Assembly (NCBI GenBank): GCA_035528895.1
Contig: DATKXS010000184.1
Location: forward strand, 1 to 59,020
Origin: Candidatus Desulfaltia sp.
GTDB lineage: Bacteria; Acidobacteriota; Aminicenantia; Aminicenantales; UBA8522
Reading direction: 5' to 3'
Length of the DNA stretch: 59,020 nt
This document shows, in pieces, positions 54,525-59,020 of this stretch. A program made the translations under genes and the position numbers. The notes under the pieces are model-generated. The model made no database searches and had not been told where the DNA came from. It worked only from the letters and a program-made list of their open reading frames with translations. Each line of letters starts with the position of its first letter. Position 1 is the stretch's first letter.

Positions 54525-57179
54525 ATGTCCAATTCATCGGCTAATAAATTCTGCAAGTCAGCTGATTTGACGAATGAGGCCAGCGTTGAATCTTTTTTCG
54601 TGCTTCGTCTTCTTGCCGATCTGGGCTATAAAGACAGCGAAATAAAAACGAAACAGGCTATTCAAACCCTTCGCATACCGAAAGGGCGTAGCAAGGAACT
54701 ATACAAACCCGACTTTCTTCTATTCTGCCATAAAAAGCCGCGATGGTTAATAGAAGCAAAGTCACCAACAGAGCGTATTGAGCAGTATACCTATCAATGT
54801 GCCGGTTATGCGCTCCAGATTAATCGCAAGTATCTTGAGCGACCCCTTCATTATTATATGTTAACTAATGGTTTCCTTACGCGCGTCTATGTGTGGGACC
54901 AAGAGGAAGCGATTCTCTCTTTGCGTTTCGAAGATGTAAACGACCATAATTCAAAATATGAAACTTTTCGTCGGCTTTTTTCCGCAGATGTGGCACGGTC
55001 CGGATGGAAAACAACTCCTAAGATTATGACTGAAGGTCACGAGCTAAGCCGTCCAACAATGGATGCCGTCAAAAAGGCATTCCTGCGTTGTCACCGTATC
55101 ATCTGGAAAACCGAAAAGATGAGTCCACAAGCAGCATTTATGGAATTTGCTAAAATACTCTTTGTGAAACTTTGGGAAGATCGGCGGCTCCGTGATGATC
55201 CAAATCTCCTTGAGATGATTACCAGGGGTAACCCCCTACCATCCAATAAGGTGCGGTTCGCCACGCGCTGGATTAGGGAGCAGGAATCCAACAATGCAAA
55301 TCCCATAGATGCGCTACTGTTCAGGCAATTAGTTGAGTCTTTGGAACAGGAAATCGAATCGCGCCAGAGAAAGCGAATATTCGAGTCAGACGAAAAGTTA
55401 AATATATCACCCGGCACGGTTCGACGTGTTGTCAAGGAGCTGGAGAATTACTACCTTTTCGGCATTGACGAAGATTTGAATGGGAGAATGTTCGAAGCAT
55501 TTCTCGCCGCAACGATGCGAGGCAAGGAACTTGGGCAGTACTTCACTCCGCGAAGTATTGTTAAATTGATGACTAAGCTCGCAAATCTCAAGGCTCAGCG
55601 TGGTCCAAATGGCATCGAGAAGCTTATCGATGCTTGTTGTGGTACAGGAGGCTTCTTAATTGAGGCTCTGACAGAAATGAGGCGGCAGGTTTATGATAAT
55701 CAGTCTCTTTCGAGCAGCGAACGCAGTGAGCTACTTGAAAAGGTGGCTAATCAAGCCATTTTTGGTATTGATGCAGGCCGTTCTCCAATGATTGCTCGCA
55801 TTGCTCGAATAAATATGTACCTTCATGGAGATGGCGGCAGTAGAGTATATATGACAGATGCCCTCAAACATCCTCCAGAGGCCTCTCTCGCCGACACAAT
55901 TGAAGTAAGGGGTGAAGTGGAGGAACTCCGTAGCCTTCTTGAAAAGGAGACTAAATTCGATGCCGCACTCACGAACCCTCCGTTTTCGATGGACTATTCG
56001 TCGAGCATCCCTGAAGAAAAGGACATGCTTGACACATATGAATTGACCACATATGGGGGTAAGCGCAGGAATTCCTTGAGATCGTCAGTTATCTTCATTG
56101 AAAGATATTGGAATCTACTCCGACCAGGCGGTCGGCTTCTTACCGTTATCGATGATAGCGTGCTCGCCGGCAAGAACTTTCCATTCGTACGCGATTTCAT
56201 CAGAGAACGGTTCATCATAAGGGCAGTGATTAGCTTGCACGGAGATGCCTTTCGTCGTGCCGGCGCAAGGGCAAAGACATCAATTCTCTACTTAGTAAAA
56301 AAGAGGAATCAGCCTGAGATACAACAAGGTTGTTTCGTTTATGAAAGCCAATATATAGGCCGCGATGATGTTCCGCCTAAGACGAGACCAAGCGACGCCG
56401 AACATGCCCGAAAACTTGCCGCCGATGAGACAGAAGAAATAACGACGACATTCAATTCTTTCCTTCAGGGACGGAATGGGCCGTGGCTCGTGCCGCCAGA
56501 CAAATTAAACGGCAGACTGGATGCAAAGCACCTTAGACCCTGGTCTGTTTCCGAACTGGAGAATAAATGGACGATTGCAGGAGCAGATTCCGATATTATC
56601 GAGAACCTTCTCGATCTAATTGAAGAATCTGTGGATCTTGACCCGAATACACGATATACTTTCCTTCGTATTAGCTACGAAGGCCGGCCTGAGAGGGGCG
56701 ATGCGGTATTGGGTAAAGAAGTGTCCTATAAGAAAGTGTTCAGGGCCAAAAAGGGCGATATAATCATTAGCAATATCAATGCGGTGAACAAGGCGATCTG
56801 CGTAATGCCGAACGACATGAGCGATTTGCTAATCTCGCCAGCGTTCACTGTGTTACGACTCAAACCTTCGTTGAGAGATCGCGTCGATCAAATGTATATT
56901 TGGTCGGTACTGCGGACCCCGGCGGTAGTTGCCGAATGGCTCTCACATACGACCGGCTTCGGGAGGCACTATGTTGACTGGAATCACATCCGTAAGCAGA
57001 GAATTCCGCTATTGCCTCCCGATAAACAGCAGCACATAGGAAGTATGCTTCGTGAATTATTTCAGCATGAGCAGGAGATATCGATTAAAAGGGCGGCTGC
57101 GGCTGATCAGCTCGCCATCCTGGGTTTGGATGATGATCGTGCTAAAGATAGGCTCATAAGGGCGAAGCCACCGAGATAA
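54525..57179 (+). CDS. Fused restriction-modification enzyme: HsdR_N-like nuclease + N6-adenine methyltransferase + TRD (Type IIG/IIC-like)
   Basis: KPDFLL..LIEAKSP (PD-D/ExK), GQYFTPRSIV, DACCGTGGFL, TNPPF and an HsdS-like C-terminus (ISNINAV..SPAFTVL). Visibly AT-richer than the flanks. Confidence 0.9.
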   Translation: MSNSSANKFCKSADLTNEASVESFFVLRLLADLGYKDSEIKTKQAIQTLRIPKGRSKELYKPDFLLFCHKKPRWLIEAKSPTERIEQYTYQCAGYALQINRKYLERPLHYYMLTNGFLTRVYVWDQEEAILSLRFEDVNDHNSKYETFRRLFSADVARSGWKTTPKIMTEGHELSRPTMDAVKKAFLRCHRIIWKTEKMSPQAAFMEFAKILFVKLWEDRRLRDDPNLLEMITRGNPLPSNKVRFATRWIREQESNNANPIDALLFRQLVESLEQEIESRQRKRIFESDEKLNISPGTVRRVVKELENYYLFGIDEDLNGRMFEAFLAATMRGKELGQYFTPRSIVKLMTKLANLKAQRGPNGIEKLIDACCGTGGFLIEALTEMRRQVYDNQSLSSSERSELLEKVANQAIFGIDAGRSPMIARIARINMYLHGDGGSRVYMTDALKHPPEASLADTIEVRGEVEELRSLLEKETKFDAALTNPPFSMDYSSSIPEEKDMLDTYELTTYGGKRRNSLRSSVIFIERYWNLLRPGGRLLTVIDDSVLAGKNFPFVRDFIRERFIIRAVISLHGDAFRRAGARAKTSILYLVKKRNQPEIQQGCFVYESQYIGRDDVPPKTRPSDAEHARKLAADETEEITTTFNSFLQGRNGPWLVPPDKLNGRLDAKHLRPWSVSELENKWTIAGADSDIIENLLDLIEESVDLDPNTRYTFLRISYEGRPERGDAVLGKEVSYKKVFRAKKGDIIISNINAVNKAICVMPNDMSDLLISPAFTVLRLKPSLRDRVDQMYIWSVLRTPAVVAEWLSHTTGFGRHYVDWNHIRKQRIPLLPPDKQQHIGSMLRELFQHEQEISIKRAAAADQLAILGLDDDRAKDRLIRAKPPR

Positions 57180-57333
57180 CGGTGGAATTTGAATGCCATT
57201 GGCCAATCCCCTCACGGCCGCAAAATCCGCCTTTCTCAGGTCTTGCGTCTTCCGGAGCTTGCGCCCCTTGTAGATATACCCAAACAGGCCATCCCGCTTC
57301 ACGATCTTCCCCATCTCGATGGCCTGATCGAAG

Positions 57334-58554
57334 TTAGAAAAGACACCGGATGAACTTGCCGATCTGCCACTTCCAGAACGGCCGGCCTTTGATGAACCGC
57401 TCGTAGCAGGACTGCGGAGGAGGCGGCTCTGGTTCCGGCTCAGGGGGAGTCGGTAACTCGGGCAGCGGCGGCTCATAATGATATTTTTCCTCCGGTTTTT
57501 TCCCGTTCAAGCCTTCGTAGATGGCAGAGACCGTTTTCTTCTGGCAACCCAAGTCCCCGCCTTTCGGGAGGTGCTCGATAACAATGTCGTTCCCGTAGGC
57601 CCTTGCTGTTTCGGCAATCATCTTCATCCGGGGCGCAGACGGACGGCGGCGTCCGGTAGACGCCTCGAAGTCGCACTCGGAGTCGCCGTTCCAGGAGCCG
57701 TCATTGGACAGCCAGATGCGGATGCCGTTGTCCTTCTTCCGGGCCCACCAGAAGAGGGACTGATGGAGACTCGATCCCGGCTCCGACCATTTTGGACCAT
57801 CGCCGACTCCATGGACTTCCTTCCAGATTGCGAGTTTTCCCTTCTCCCCAACCACGGACTCAACCCTTTTCTTCAGCGTGTCCAGGGCGCCCGCGTTTGC
57901 CGGCAGATATTTCCAGCTGCTATCGGACTCGTCCCAAACCCAGTCCCGGGACTGCATCGTGGCGCCATAAGTACAGCGTTCCGGTTTGAGCTTTCCGGAC
58001 GCCAGGCGGGGGAAGATAACCTTCTCGGCCACGTCGATGAACTGGTCGGGCATCTCGTTCCCCCAGGAGTACCAGGGCTCGAACTCGTCGAGCTCCAGGA
58101 TGCTCTTGTCGATGAACTTCCCAAAGAACGGGTGCGCCGCCTTTTCATACAGCGTCGTGATGCCGTTCAGGTTCGTCACCCACGGCGACCACTTTTTTGT
58201 AGGGCCGTGGAATTGACAGTTATCAGCCAGACACCATACGGTCGTGATGCCGTAGCTCTTCCCGATGGCGACGACCTTGCGGACGATAGGCCAGTACCAG
58301 CTGTTCCAGGCGCTCAGCTCGAAGTTCGATCCGATCAGGACGTATGGAGCGAACTGGCTCTTCATCCCTTCCGGGTGCTCTCCCCAGGGTGACCAGGGCA
58401 TGAGCCTCTGGAGAGTCGCCCCAGAGTTCGCCATCGCGCAATCCAGGGTGTTCACGGCCACCTCGTCGAGGATCCAGACGCCATCCTCGCGGCGGACATA
58501 TTCCTTCTCGCCTAACATGCAGATCTGGCTGTAGCAGGCTTTTCTTATGGTCAT
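57334..58554 (-). CDS. Phage-associated hypothetical protein, possible clan GH-A-like TIM-barrel hydrolase
   Basis: Trp-rich 406 aa with WGNE and a later IVIEH. Pro-rich linker near the C-terminus. GGAGGA RBS. Confidence 0.55.
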   Translation of the reverse strand: MTIRKACYSQICMLGEKEYVRREDGVWILDEVAVNTLDCAMANSGATLQRLMPWSPWGEHPEGMKSQFAPYVLIGSNFELSAWNSWYWPIVRKVVAIGKSYGITTVWCLADNCQFHGPTKKWSPWVTNLNGITTLYEKAAHPFFGKFIDKSILELDEFEPWYSWGNEMPDQFIDVAEKVIFPRLASGKLKPERCTYGATMQSRDWVWDESDSSWKYLPANAGALDTLKKRVESVVGEKGKLAIWKEVHGVGDGPKWSEPGSSLHQSLFWWARKKDNGIRIWLSNDGSWNGDSECDFEASTGRRRPSAPRMKMIAETARAYGNDIVIEHLPKGGDLGCQKKTVSAIYEGLNGKKPEEKYHYEPPLPELPTPPEPEPEPPPPQSCYERFIKGRPFWKWQIGKFIRCLF

Positions 58555-58629
58555 CGATCCTCCTGGCTCAGCAGAGATGGCCGCAGATGATCCGGCACTT
58601 ATCGCTCATGTTTTCACCTCGTCAATTTC

Positions 58630-58905
58630 TTACGGTAGTATTGTCCAGGGGAAGGAGACGTCCTGGAGCTTGTAGGTCGTAATCCCGATGCCGGAAATCT
58701 CGATGTCATAGTAGGCGCCGCCCGTCGCGTAGAAGGAAAAACGACCGTAAGAATCCGTCTGGAAGGGGTTGTCCTTCTGGACCGAGCCGTTCTTGTCGGC
58801 GTAGATCGTGGCCGGCGTCGAGGTCCCGGGAAGGTAGACCGTCACCGTGGCCGCGATAGGCTTCCCCCCGTCGCTCAGGACAGCGTCGAAATAGCCTGTC
58901 TTCAT
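58630..58905 (-). CDS. Phage-like protein resembling the N-terminal beta-sandwich of tail/tailspike proteins
   Basis: VTVYLPGTSTPATIYAD..NPFQTDSYGRFSFYA..YDI. AGGAGG RBS. The resemblance is from memory. Confidence 0.55.
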   Translation of the reverse strand: MKTGYFDAVLSDGGKPIAATVTVYLPGTSTPATIYADKNGSVQKDNPFQTDSYGRFSFYATGGAYYDIEISGIGITTYKLQDVSFPWTILP

Positions 58906-58917
58906 GGCGTCCTCCTA

Positions 58918-59019
58918 TCAGTACATCTCGAGATGGATCATGCAACGGCCCGCGGCATTACTTTGGGGCTCCGTTATCTTGAGGGTGTGGAAGCCGTCAG
59001 AGGTGATTAGGTCCGTGAT
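58918..59019 (-). CDS. C-terminal fragment of a gene entering from beyond the window
   Basis: Open frame ITDLITSDGFHTLKITEPQSNAAGRCMIHLEMY-TGA-TAG, immediately followed by the RBS of the next gene. Confidence 0.6.
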   Translation of the reverse strand: MTDLITSDGFHTLKITEPQSNAAGRCMIHLEMY

Positions 59020-59020
59020 A

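Larger units (their letters stand above)
54230..59020. mobile_element. Probable left edge of an integrated element or prophage
   Basis: Composition shift, an RM cargo gene, tightly packed phage-like minus-strand genes and short direct repeats at the border. No integrase is visible in the window. Confidence 0.6.

Noticed and set aside
57057-57476. 139-aa minus-strand ORF (internal MGKIVKRDG..)
   Set aside because: Overlaps both neighbours and spans the compositional junction. It may hold a phage gene stub but I cannot support it.

Overview
This is a GC-rich bacterial chromosome segment. Gene content and style suggest Acidobacteriota/Ca. Aminicenantes, but that is inference. Left to right: (1) partial comM/yifB; (2) a minus-strand surface-glycosylation cluster with a GT-C membrane protein, an orphan MglA GTPase, three GT4 enzymes and two coiled-coil proteins; (3) TIGR00725-truA, two exported peptidases and a YeiH transporter; (4) an unusual tricarboxylate cluster at 15.9-26.8 kb with a SucC/CcsA-like ligase fused to a 2x[4Fe-4S] ferredoxin, a SucD/CcsB-like subunit, citryl-CoA lyase, an HD protein, two different LeuC/LeuD-type dehydratase pairs and a beta-decarboxylating dehydrogenase, interrupted by a MITE, REP-like palindromes, a toxin-antitoxin-like relic and a Gfo/Idh/MocA gene; (5) an ECF sigma/anti-sigma/TPR triad, an RRM protein, sppA, a UvrD-nuclease fusion, ftsB, a phosphohexomutase, pcm and coaD; (6) pilMNOPQ plus two lipoproteins; (7) priA-udg-coaBC-gmk-yicC-msbA-asd-like; (8) from about 54.2 kb, the edge of a probable integrated element carrying an AT-rich fused R-M-S restriction-modification gene and phage-like minus-strand genes that run off the window. 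Several housekeeping homologues have lost catalytic motifs: PriA looks helicase-dead, the Asd-like protein lacks its Cys/His pair, and the phosphomutase has SFNP for SHNP. I found no CRISPR array, rRNA or convincing tRNA. The best candidate for an undescribed system is the citryl-CoA/dual-LeuCD/ferredoxin cluster.
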